Shown: piece by piece, positions 19,616 through 28,437 of the stretch
Position numbering within the stretch: position 1 is the stretch's first letter
How the letters are laid out: each line of letters begins with the position of its first letter
Assembly: GCA_965655955.1 (NCBI GenBank)
Contig: CBFHIH010000001.1
Span: 1 to 49,306, forward strand
Direction of reading: 5' to 3'
DNA: 49,306 bases
DNA from: Candidatus Midichloriaceae bacterium
GTDB taxonomy: Bacteria; Pseudomonadota; Alphaproteobacteria; Rickettsiales; Midichloriaceae
Notes under the pieces: model-generated
The model's input: the letters and a program-made list of their open reading frames with translations, nothing else
Databases searched by the model: none
Told to the model about the DNA's origin: nothing
Translations under genes and position numbers: made by a program

Positions 19616-20547
19616 TTATAGGCTCGTATTTTTTAGACATCCTGCTCTTTCTAGCTTGCCTTTTATCCACTTGCCAAATATCTGTAGACTATTTTTTGAT
19701 CTAATGTTTTGAAAATAATCTCCTTGAGTTCTCATAGGTATTACTAAGTTATCATCTGTAAACAAATAAAAGTTACCTTTTGGATACAGCGGGGATTCTC
19801 TAATATTTTGATCGGCTATTAGCTCAACCTCGTACCAAGATCTAGGTTTGATTCTATCCATCGATCTACTCCACCTACCCTTGCCAAAATAAACATTAAG
19901 ATTAGATTTTTCCTTATCGGCTATCCTAGATAAATCTAATTCAAAGTTAGGCATAGAGTGCACTTTCTTTATATTTATATGGTGTTTGTCTAAACTTCGT
20001 CATAACTTATCAACTCTATTTCTTACCACCTTAAACTTGTTAGGTACTAATATTTCAGCCTTATGTATACCTACAGAATACTTATTTGAATATATATCAT
20101 CTAAAAAACTATTTATTTTTGCTTTTTGTGATTCTTCAAATACTTGCAAAGTACATTCTATATTACCCTTAGTGCCACTAGCTGAGAAATTAGAAGACCC
20201 TAGATAAATATTACAGTGACCTTGCTTGTTAAATCTATAGACTTTCCTGTGGTAACGTCTGCCATTTACAACGTATACACCAGAATTGTCAGAATATTTG
20301 CGTAATCTATCTTTTAAACTAAGTGCAAAATTTAGCTTTTTCTCACTCAACCCCTCATAAAATACCCTACCTAGCAGTAGTTTAGAACAACCGCCATTTT
20401 TGGCTATTGCAATAAATTCGCTATCAAACGCTTCCATAGCGTCTAACAAAGCGTATCCAGAAGCTATAGCAACGTCATTAGATTGTTTGAACTCTTTATC
20501 CAATACACTTCTAAAATTCCCACCATTGATTCTAGGTTGGTATACAT
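19616..20547 (-). pseudogene. PLD-family (NgoFVII/BfiI-like) type II restriction endonuclease, disrupted
   Basis: HKD nuclease motif YHRKVY...GSSNFSASG in ORF 20000..20503. The 115-aa ORF 19616..19963 is in the SAME frame and is separated only by an in-frame TGA (20000-20002). The likely ancestral ATG (20545-20547, 2 nt after the MTase TAA) is offset by 2 nt from the coding frame. Confidence 0.7.
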
Positions 20548-20549
20548 GC

Positions 20550-21600
20550 TTACTTATTTTCGTTTATAAACTCTTTAGCTGCATCTGCAAAATGCTTGAT
20601 GCCAGATGGTGGTACAGAATTTCCTATCTGCCTTCTAATACTGTTATGGAACCTTCAAATATAAAGTCATCTGGGTAGCCAAATAATCTTGCTCTCTCCC
20701 TATTCGTTAAAGGTCTATTTTCTTGATAATGATACCCCCAAGCTCCACCGCCCCCTGCTGCAATAATTGTGATTGATGGCTTGTCTGGGTGGAGCCGTCT
20801 ATAGACATGAGAAATCATACCTTTTACATAATGCGGAGATTCTATCGGAATATCAGTAAAGTTACCACCACCCGCTGGAATTAATTTTAACTTTTCTATG
20901 GTTTTTTCCTTTATGTTTTGATGCTCATTGTTATACAAAACCTTCTCCACTCCTTGTCAAGCATCCTTTGAGCTTAAATATATTTTTCATTGCAAACAGT
21001 CTTTGGTATGCAAAATTTATTTTTAATATCCCCACGGACTCCCACAATCAATACTCGCTCCCTCAACTGTGCCACGCCATAGTCTGCAAAATTAACAAGT
21101 TGAGGTGTCACTTTGTACCCGTTATTCTCTAGTATCTTCAAAATCACTTATTATTTTATTAATAGCTTTTCCTTTATTTGCTGTTATCAATCCCTTTACA
21201 TTCTCAGCTATAAACATCATCAGCTGCTTTTCTGATACGATGCTCACAAAACTTTGATATAAATTACCCCTTTCTGTCTCTATTCCACCCCTTTTCCATA
21301 TCATGGAAAATCTTGACACGGGAACCCACCAAGGATTAATTCAGCACTTGGGATTGCTGAATGGTGTATGTTTCTTATATCCTCACAAACAATATGATAA
21401 CCTATGTTTTTTCGATAGGTTTCGCAGGCTTTTCTGTCTATATCATTAGCCCACCTTATGTCAAACCCTCCAGATAGTTTAAAACCTAAATCCATCCCAC
21501 CACAACTTGAAAAAAGAGAAATTGTTTTTATTGTACCATCGCACGAATTGCCGTATTTCAAAACTTGATCTAAAGCATTATCTAAAATTGCTAAACTCAA
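20550..21600 (-). pseudogene. DNA (cytosine-5)-methyltransferase, multiply frameshifted
   Basis: C5-MTase motifs lie in order but across at least 5 frame segments. Motifs I (FSSCGGMDLG) and IV (GFPCQDF) are in 21301-21600. Motif VI (ENVKGL) is in 21122-21319. Motif VIII (YGVAQLRERVLIVGV) is at about 20974-21120. Motif IX (RERARLFGYPDDF) is in 20624-20950. Motif X (QIGNSVPP) ends at TAA 20550-20552. Confidence 0.85.
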
Positions 21601-21869
21601 TCACTTGACTCAACCTCTGTGATCGTAACGCCTACTTTATCATCTATTAATATTATCTCACCTTTAGCTACAGGCTTATCATTGATCAATAAATCAACAG
21701 GATCCCCCACTTTCTTATCTAATTCAATTTTGTCTCCTTGATTTAGTTTTAGCAAATCTCTCACTTTAAACTCTTTCGTTCCAAGCACCACTGTCAGCTT
21801 TATCGGCACCGTGTATAAAGATTGAAGGTTGAGCTTTATACCATTTTTATTGTTTTGCGCTTCAGACAT
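21597..21869 (-). CDS. fliN: flagellar motor switch protein FliN
   Basis: 90 aa SpoA/FliN domain: VPIKLTVVLGTKEFKVRDLLKLNQGDKIELDKKVGDPVDLLINDKPVAKGEIILIDDKVGVTITEV. Confidence 0.9.
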   Translation of the reverse strand: MSEAQNNKNGIKLNLQSLYTVPIKLTVVLGTKEFKVRDLLKLNQGDKIELDKKVGDPVDLLINDKPVAKGEIILIDDKVGVTITEVESSD

Positions 21870-21882
21870 TTTTTCACCTTAT

Positions 21883-22599
21883 TTATGTAATGTTGTTTAA
21901 ATAATTATTAATGATCTTTTCTAACTGCAATTCTATTTTCCTTCTATTTTGCTTAATTAATGTATTATCATAAGATAGCTCACAATCATATCTCTGTATC
22001 TCTTTTGATTTAGTTATCTGAAAATTAAGATGTTTAGTTTTTTGTATTTGCTGAGTATAACTCTTCACCAATTCATAATCCTCATCATTCACCGTAATAT
22101 TTACTACGTCAGCTTTAGAAAAAAAAGGGATATTTACATCCAAAAACGTTTGGATCATTTCTTTAGGAAACCTTTGTTCTATATTACCTATTAATTTTTT
22201 AGCAATCACATGGCTGAGATCTATGCAATCATTCATCATAGTGTTTTTATTATTTTTCACTAATTCAGAAAGATCTGTAAATTTCTCAGATAAATCGCTC
22301 ATCAACTTCAGAGCTCCATCACCTCCTTCCTTTGAATTTTTTTGCTCATCTATACCTTCTTCTTTGCCTTTTTCAAAAGCCTCTTCTTTTAATTTCCGCA
22401 TCTCATCTTCTGTATACGTTCTCACCACCGAGATGTTTTTCTTAGCTATTATTGCATCCGCAACTTCAAGAGTTCTGCCGGTGTGATTATCTTTTAAAGA
22501 TGATTCGTCAGTTACTTCTTTTGCATAAACATTTTTGAGGGAAAAATCTGCATAATTGTATTTTTTAATCAATGAAACAGCCATACTAATCTCGCTCAA
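21883..22599 (-). CDS. fliH: flagellar assembly protein FliH (FlbE-like)
   Basis: Lies between fliG and fliN. Charged helical N-terminal half with EEAFEKGKEEGIDE, and a C-terminal globular part. Sequence identity is weaker than for its neighbours. Confidence 0.6.
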   Translation of the reverse strand: MSEISMAVSLIKKYNYADFSLKNVYAKEVTDESSLKDNHTGRTLEVADAIIAKKNISVVRTYTEDEMRKLKEEAFEKGKEEGIDEQKNSKEGGDGALKLMSDLSEKFTDLSELVKNNKNTMMNDCIDLSHVIAKKLIGNIEQRFPKEMIQTFLDVNIPFFSKADVVNITVNDEDYELVKSYTQQIQKTKHLNFQITKSKEIQRYDCELSYDNTLIKQNRRKIELQLEKIINNYLNNIT

Positions 22600-23572
22600 A
22601 CCTTACAGACTTATTATTAATTAATTTTTTTAAGGTAGATATTACTTCTTTTTGAGAAAGCTCTGACTCTTCTTCTGTTAAGAATCTTAAACCATCTATT
22701 TCTTCCAAGACTATTTTACTTGCTCTGGTAGACATATTTTTAAAGAAATGGTCTTTCATTTTCTTAGATGCAAATTTCAAGGATTTAGGAACTGCTGATT
22801 TGTCAACATACTTTATTAAGCTTTGCATAGAAAAATCATCAAGTTTTAGTATATCTTCAAACATTAAAATATGCTTTCTGACTGAATCACCTTTGAATGA
22901 ACTATATTGACTGATTTTATCAAGATACAAATGCTCTGTTTTCCTATCAAAATTAACGAGTATATCTGCTATAAATCTGCTGTTATCAACAGTGTCAAGA
23001 GAATCAGCTTTGTTGATTAAGTCATCTCTAACGGTTGCCTCAAGACTTGATAAAGCTTTGACATTGATTTTTTCTATGTTGAGAATCCTTTTGATTATCT
23101 CAAATGAAAAGTCATCATGGAATGTCTTGAGTATTTGCGCTGATTTCTCTGCAGGTAATTTATGCAAAATTAACGCTGCTGTTTGCGGATATTCATTTTT
23201 CAGATAATTGGATAGAATTTCATTCTTAACTTCAGACAACTGCTTCCAAACACTTTTAGAAGAAAAGTTGATTTCATTAATAATGGATGAAACCTTTTCC
23301 TCATCATAAGTTTTGTTGAGAACACGTTTTAATTTTGTTATGCTGCCTCCCAGCAACGATAAATTATTAGTTTTTTCCAAAAAATATGTGAATGCATTAG
23401 AAATTTCTTGCTCATCAACATCTTCAAGTGACGCGATCTCTTGAGATAAAAGCTGAACATCATTCTCTGGTAATAATTTTAGTATCTTCGCCGCATTTTC
23501 ATCTGTCAAACTTAGCAATAATATTGAAGCTTTTTTTATATCACCAAATACAAAATTCTTTTCGTCTATCAT
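22586..23572 (-). CDS. fliG: flagellar motor switch protein FliG
   Basis: 328 aa with an N-terminal LLLSLTDENAAKILKLLPENDVQLLSQEIASL, middle and C-terminal FliG regions (MFEDILKLDDFSMQSLIKYVDKS, KMKDHFFKNMSTRASKIVLEEID). Confidence 0.9.
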   Translation of the reverse strand: MIDEKNFVFGDIKKASILLLSLTDENAAKILKLLPENDVQLLSQEIASLEDVDEQEISNAFTYFLEKTNNLSLLGGSITKLKRVLNKTYDEEKVSSIINEINFSSKSVWKQLSEVKNEILSNYLKNEYPQTAALILHKLPAEKSAQILKTFHDDFSFEIIKRILNIEKINVKALSSLEATVRDDLINKADSLDTVDNSRFIADILVNFDRKTEHLYLDKISQYSSFKGDSVRKHILMFEDILKLDDFSMQSLIKYVDKSAVPKSLKFASKKMKDHFFKNMSTRASKIVLEEIDGLRFLTEEESELSQKEVISTLKKLINNKSVRFERD

Positions 23573-23584
23573 AATTTTAGTAGA

Positions 23585-25201
23585 TTAAATGCTGTTTCTT
23601 CCAATCCAATCTTGAATAATCAAAGCAAATTCCTCAGGATAATCTTCGGCAAACTTATTCACTTTGTTTCTGGAAATTTGATGCTTAGAGTCTAATTGCA
23701 ATTCAAAATCATTCTCTACAACAGTGGCTTTGTCCTCAATGGAAGTCTCATTTTCTTTAAGATTCTTTGGAGAAAAAACACTCGCTATACCTAAAGGAGA
23801 ATCTTTTCCTTTGTTAAGAAAAGAAAGCATCATAGGTTTTAATATCACCAATATAACCAATATTATTATCACGCCTATTATGAGCATTTGTATAATATTT
23901 TTGCTATTGGTGTCAAACCAGTTTTTACTAGGAGTAAAACTCCCTTCGTCATCTTTGGTGAATTCGAGATTCACCACCTCTATCTTGTCACCTCTTGAAG
24001 CGTCAAATCCCACAGCTGATTCGACTAACGCTTTTATCTTAGCGAGCTCCTCAGAGGTTCTTGGTTGATATTTTGTTGTATTATCTTTTCTATCTTTGAT
24101 ATATGAACCATCAACTAACACGGCTATTGAAATCTTCTCTATACCACCCCCTTCAACAACCTTATTAACCACGGTTTTAGATATTTCGTAGTTAGTGATA
24201 TCATCAATCTTATATTTGCTTCTGTTGTTGTTTTGAGAGTTATAATCCAGATCCTGGTTGGAGTTAGGTATGTTGTTCAAGACTGTTATAGGCTGTCCTT
24301 CTTCAAAATTCCCTTCTTTGTCTTCATAAGTCTTTTTTGAACGAACAACTTGTCCATCAGGGTCATATGACTCAGAAAAAATAACCTCTTTGTTATTATC
24401 AATCTTTGCTGTCACATTCACTCTCACCTTGCCAATGCCCACATAACTCTCAAGCATGTTCTCAAGCATCATTTTCATCCTGTTTTCAAGAGCATTTTGC
24501 TGCTCAAGAGACGTAAATTCACCCATAGGATTTACATTTTGATTCGGCAATTTCAAAGCAACTCCATTAGAATTCAGTATTGTGATGTTTTCCACCGAAA
24601 GATCCGGTACAGCCTTTGCAATCAGATATGCTATACCGCTTATTTCTTTGTTCGATAAGGTATATCCTTTGTTCACCTTCAAAACCACAGAAGCTGAAGG
24701 TGCCGCGGATGATTTAGAGAATAATTCTTTTTTTGGCAAAACTATATGTATTCTTGACCTTTCTATTTGAGCCAAGCTGTTGATTGTTCTCGATAACTCC
24801 CCTTCTAATGATCTCACCAGATTGACATCATTTAAAAATTGAGAAGATTTACCTATGCCATCATCGTGATCAAACACCTCATAACCAACGAAACTCCCAG
24901 ATGTTGGCAAACCTTCTTCTGCAAGCATCATTCTGATGTTTAAAACCTTATCAACATGCACCAAAATTTGTGAATTTTCCTCCACAACCTTATGACTTAT
25001 CCCCATTCTATTCAGTTTCGCAGAGATTATATTTCTATCCTCAGTGGACAAATTGCTATATAAGGAAGAATATGAAGGAGAAGAGACATTAAAAAGAAAT
25101 ATAACACTTATAACAAAAGCAACAACCGCCAATCCTATGAAGGCAATTTTGTTTCCTGACAATGTTTTTAAATATTTCAGCATCAAAATATAGAAAGCCA
25201 A
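23585..25201 (-). CDS. fliF: flagellar M-ring protein FliF
   Basis: 538 aa with an N-terminal TM helix, YscJ/FliF ring-building motifs (RMGISHKV, MMLAEEGLP, LEGELSRTINSLAQIERSRIHIVLPKKELF), a second TM helix near residue 440 and a FliG-binding C-terminus. TTG start at 25201; alternative ATG at 25183. Confidence 0.9.
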   Translation of the reverse strand: MAFYILMLKYLKTLSGNKIAFIGLAVVAFVISVIFLFNVSSPSYSSLYSNLSTEDRNIISAKLNRMGISHKVVEENSQILVHVDKVLNIRMMLAEEGLPTSGSFVGYEVFDHDDGIGKSSQFLNDVNLVRSLEGELSRTINSLAQIERSRIHIVLPKKELFSKSSAAPSASVVLKVNKGYTLSNKEISGIAYLIAKAVPDLSVENITILNSNGVALKLPNQNVNPMGEFTSLEQQNALENRMKMMLENMLESYVGIGKVRVNVTAKIDNNKEVIFSESYDPDGQVVRSKKTYEDKEGNFEEGQPITVLNNIPNSNQDLDYNSQNNNRSKYKIDDITNYEISKTVVNKVVEGGGIEKISIAVLVDGSYIKDRKDNTTKYQPRTSEELAKIKALVESAVGFDASRGDKIEVVNLEFTKDDEGSFTPSKNWFDTNSKNIIQMLIIGVIIILVILVILKPMMLSFLNKGKDSPLGIASVFSPKNLKENETSIEDKATVVENDFELQLDSKHQISRNKVNKFAEDYPEEFALIIQDWIGRNSI

Positions 25202-25341
25202 TTAATTATAGAACTCTAGCAAATTTGTTCACAAATATCTACAGCAATATAATTAATATGATTTTTTTAGTATTTATCAACATTGATGTGGATTTTTATT
25301 CCTAATTGATATTACAATCAACCTCATAACAGAGGATATAT

Positions 25342-25926
25342 TTGATATCTATGAAGGAGTATTTTTCTGATGATGTAAAAACAAGTAGCAAAATCAGCCA
25401 ATTAAATTCCGATGTTTTAGAAGAAGCGGTTGAAATTGCCAAGAAGATGAAAAAGGCAATCATTCAAGGAGAAGAAGAAGCTTTTTTGCAAGAACTGACA
25501 AAAAATAGAGAAAGGCTATACAAGCTATTGGAATATTTGATATTAAACAAAGATAACCCAAAAGTTGACAAAGACCTATTAAACCTTTTAACCAGAGTAT
25601 TCAAACTTGACAAGAAAAAAGAAAAGAGCGAAGAAGAAGAAAAGTTTGAAGAACTTTCTAAAGACCAAAAAGCTTTGCGATATCGCCAAATTATGTACGA
25701 AGCTTACAAGATACTAAATCCCGAAAGGATTGCTGGCGAAACAAGCCTTGAAAATTTCATTTCAAATGTTTTAGTAAGGGGCATAGAAGTTGCACGCGAA
25801 TATGATGGCAAACAATATGAATCTCATTTTGATAAAGAAAATCTCAATAACCTCGAGGCAAATAAAAAGAATTTTGTGAATAATCTATATAAATCTGGCC
25901 AAAGGGGTGGTGGAAGAGGGTTATGA
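25342..25926 (+). CDS. hypothetical protein (charged, helical, C-terminal RGGGRG)
   Basis: 194-aa ORF divergent from fliF. AGAGGA lies 5 nt upstream of the TTG start (alternative ATG at 25351). No TM segment or signal peptide and no recognisable family. Confidence 0.5.
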   Translation: MISMKEYFSDDVKTSSKISQLNSDVLEEAVEIAKKMKKAIIQGEEEAFLQELTKNRERLYKLLEYLILNKDNPKVDKDLLNLLTRVFKLDKKKEKSEEEEKFEELSKDQKALRYRQIMYEAYKILNPERIAGETSLENFISNVLVRGIEVAREYDGKQYESHFDKENLNNLEANKKNFVNNLYKSGQRGGGRGL

Positions 25927-26265
25927 ATGTAGCAAAATTAATCTTGAGATTTTGCTTCGTGTCTGTTAAGTTTTTTAAATGCGTCAAAAAAATCTATCTT
26001 TCGTTATCTTATATGAATATGCAAATAAAAATAAAAGCTTTGACACCAGGCTTATTTTTTGCGTTGCATTTCATCGATTCAGAAGCGCTTTATGAAGAGT
26101 GCTTGACATTCGCAAAAGAAAAGATTTAGTTTTAATTCTTTAAACTAAAATAGGTAGAAATCATGGAGAATGACAAAAGTTCTAAATCTACAAATGAAAA
26201 AGTAAAAAAATACAGGTGATGCGAAAAAAGAGGCTGCGGAAAAGCTTGCAAAGGCTGAGGAAGAA

Positions 26266-27417
26266 TTGCAAAAGAAGAATGATGATTTGCAAAATGCTGA
26301 CTCTAATCTAGAAGAGCTTAAGTCTCAAAAAATAACATTGGAAGCAGATCTTGAAACTGCACAAGAATCTGTAAAGACATTCAGTGATGATAAAAGCAAG
26401 GCTGACAGTTGCGTAAAAGGAAAAGATACAGCGATTCAAGAACTTAACAACGTGATTAACGCTAAGGGAACAGCGCAAGCTGTTAAAGATGCTCTGAATG
26501 CAAGCGTTGAAACAGCTACAGCTGAAAAAAAGGAATGTGAAGAAGATTCCAAGACTGCTCAAGACAATATCAATAAGCAGAAAGAAATAAAAGAAGAAAA
26601 AACTGAGGCTTTAATCAAACTTTGCGGCTTAGATGAAAACAGCCAATCCCGAAAAGCAGATTCTACTTGCAAAGGTGGAGACATTCAAAAAGCGGAGAGT
26701 GAAATATCACAATTGAAATCTGATATCGTAACAGCTGAAAAGAGTGTTAAGGATGCTAAAACAAGCTTGGGAACTGTATCCGATCAAGTGAAACAAGCTG
26801 CTACAAAACTTCCAAAGACGATCAAGGACGTGCAGGAGGTGGTAACGAAGAAAGTTGCAGATGGCGCAGAATTGGATGGCAAAATAAATGTTGCGAAGAA
26901 TAGCATCAGCACTAAGAATGAAGAATTGAAGACATTGCAAAAGAGCGTGGCTGCAAAACAAAATGAGATACAAGAAGAAAACAAAAAAGTGTCAGATGCG
27001 AAAAAGTGTCAAAATGACATGGATAAAGATGTTTTGATTTTGAAAGTTGCCACTCAGTTAATTGGGTTGAAAGATGCGGCCAAAGAAATGAAACAATCTT
27101 TAGATTCTCAAACTAATTTGAAAAACACAGATTTGTTTGAGCCATATGGTGTGAAGGGTTTCAGCGCTCTTCTTCAGGATGCTTATGGTGATGATCGATT
27201 CAATCAGGCGCAATCTTTCTTTTCTCAGTTTGATGCGGACGGGAGCGAAAAAGTATATTCCGCTGTTAAAGCTGTGTGTGAAAGCGATTGCCACCCAGAA
27301 ATCAGCAAATTATTTACTGATGTTTGCTCTTCAGATGCTACAAAAGCAACTGAGATTGAAACTGGGTTTTCTGATATACAGGAAATTGGCTTGATCACTG
27401 AAGTGTTTAACGTGTAA
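26266..27417 (+). CDS. hypothetical coiled-coil protein with a Cys-containing C-terminal domain (5' end possibly frameshifted)
   Basis: 383-aa ORF. About 260 aa of K/E/D/A/T-rich heptad-like sequence, then a globular tail (FEPYGVKGFSALLQDAYGDD...CESDCHPEISKLFTDVCSS). The frame stays open upstream to 26206. An ATG with an RBS at 26163 is one nt out of frame across an A7 tract. Confidence 0.6.
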   Translation: MQKKNDDLQNADSNLEELKSQKITLEADLETAQESVKTFSDDKSKADSCVKGKDTAIQELNNVINAKGTAQAVKDALNASVETATAEKKECEEDSKTAQDNINKQKEIKEEKTEALIKLCGLDENSQSRKADSTCKGGDIQKAESEISQLKSDIVTAEKSVKDAKTSLGTVSDQVKQAATKLPKTIKDVQEVVTKKVADGAELDGKINVAKNSISTKNEELKTLQKSVAAKQNEIQEENKKVSDAKKCQNDMDKDVLILKVATQLIGLKDAAKEMKQSLDSQTNLKNTDLFEPYGVKGFSALLQDAYGDDRFNQAQSFFSQFDADGSEKVYSAVKAVCESDCHPEISKLFTDVCSSDATKATEIETGFSDIQEIGLITEVFNV

Positions 27418-27460
27418 TTAACACTTGGACTTTGCTATTACATAGCAAAGGTAAGTCATG

Positions 27461-27500
27461 AGGCTTAAGGGGTTATGCATTGCTCTTTAAGCCTTTTTGT
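27461..27500 (+). terminator. candidate intrinsic terminator after the coiled-coil gene
   Basis: 8-bp stem aggcttaa / ttaagcct (27461-27468 with 27487-27494) followed by tttttgtt. The loop is long (18 nt). Confidence 0.45.
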
Positions 27501-27610
27501 TGCATGATTATTTGTTTTTCTATAGGAAAGACCATTGCATAATGACTCTTTAGGATAGAATCCTTGAAAATTTTTTTGATGCAGCAATCAACAGTGAATT
27601 TAAATGAAAA

Positions 27611-28423
27611 ATGCCTGAGTTGCCAGAAGTAGAAACTGTGAAAGAGGGGTTGAAGGTTATTTGCAAAAATCGCTATATAGTAAAAAGCCAAATCCATACA
27701 TATCAATTAAGATACCCCATACCAAAAAATCTCAGCCACTGCATCACAAGCAGCAAAATTGTAGACCTTAAAAGAAGGGCGAAATATCTCATCTTCAAGC
27801 TAAGCAGCGGCTATTTGTTATTGCACTTAGGTATGGCTGGAAGAATGTATGTTAGCCAGGAACATGTCAAAGATAAACACGAACATTTGACGCTATATCT
27901 TGATGATGGCAATGTGATTAGTTTTTGTGATCCAAGAAGGTTTGGCGCGGTGATTTGGACGTCTTCACCTCTTGATGAGCACCCCATCATTCAAAAGTTA
28001 GGAATCGAACCATTCTCTCAAGCATTTCAAGTAAATAACTTTCACAACACTTGTTCTAAGAGAAAATTCTCTATTAAACAACTATTGATGGAAGGAAGGG
28101 CTGTGGCGGGAATAGGCAATATTTATGCTAGTGAAATTTTGTTTCATGCTGGCATCAGACCAACTAGAGCAGTCAACACCTTATCTTTAAAGGAGTGCGA
28201 AAAAATACACAAGCACACCAAAAGTGTATTAACAAAGGCAATTAGAGCAGGTGGAACAACCATTAGAGATTTTAAAAATCCAAAAAATGAACTAGGATAC
28301 TTTGCGCAACAATTATCAGTATACGGTAGATTAGGTCAAAAGTGCATAAAATGTAATCAAAGCATTTTAAAAATCACTCAAAATCAGAGAAGTTCTTTTT
28401 ATTGCCCAAAGTGCCAGATTTAG
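27611..28423 (+). CDS. mutM: formamidopyrimidine-DNA glycosylase
   Basis: N-terminal MPELPEVETV, an H2TH region, and a C-terminal zinc finger CIKCNQ...FYCPKCQ. 270 aa. Confidence 0.95.
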   Translation: MPELPEVETVKEGLKVICKNRYIVKSQIHTYQLRYPIPKNLSHCITSSKIVDLKRRAKYLIFKLSSGYLLLHLGMAGRMYVSQEHVKDKHEHLTLYLDDGNVISFCDPRRFGAVIWTSSPLDEHPIIQKLGIEPFSQAFQVNNFHNTCSKRKFSIKQLLMEGRAVAGIGNIYASEILFHAGIRPTRAVNTLSLKECEKIHKHTKSVLTKAIRAGGTTIRDFKNPKNELGYFAQQLSVYGRLGQKCIKCNQSILKITQNQRSSFYCPKCQI

Positions 28424-28437
28424 ATACAAAGATAAGT

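Noticed and set aside
20000-20002. The in-frame TGA in the REase gene might be read as Trp (a recoded genetic code), making the gene intact.
   Set aside because: TGA clearly terminates well-conserved genes in this window (uvrD at 3427-3429, uppS at 4122-4124, fliN at 21597-21599, trmFO at 35631-35633) at the expected protein ends. So TGA is a stop codon here.
25923-26129. 68-aa ORF between the two orphan genes.
   Set aside because: The product is hydrophobic, low-complexity and Cys/Phe-rich. There is no RBS, and it overlaps the stop of the upstream ORF and the candidate promoter of the coiled-coil gene. It is more likely intergenic.
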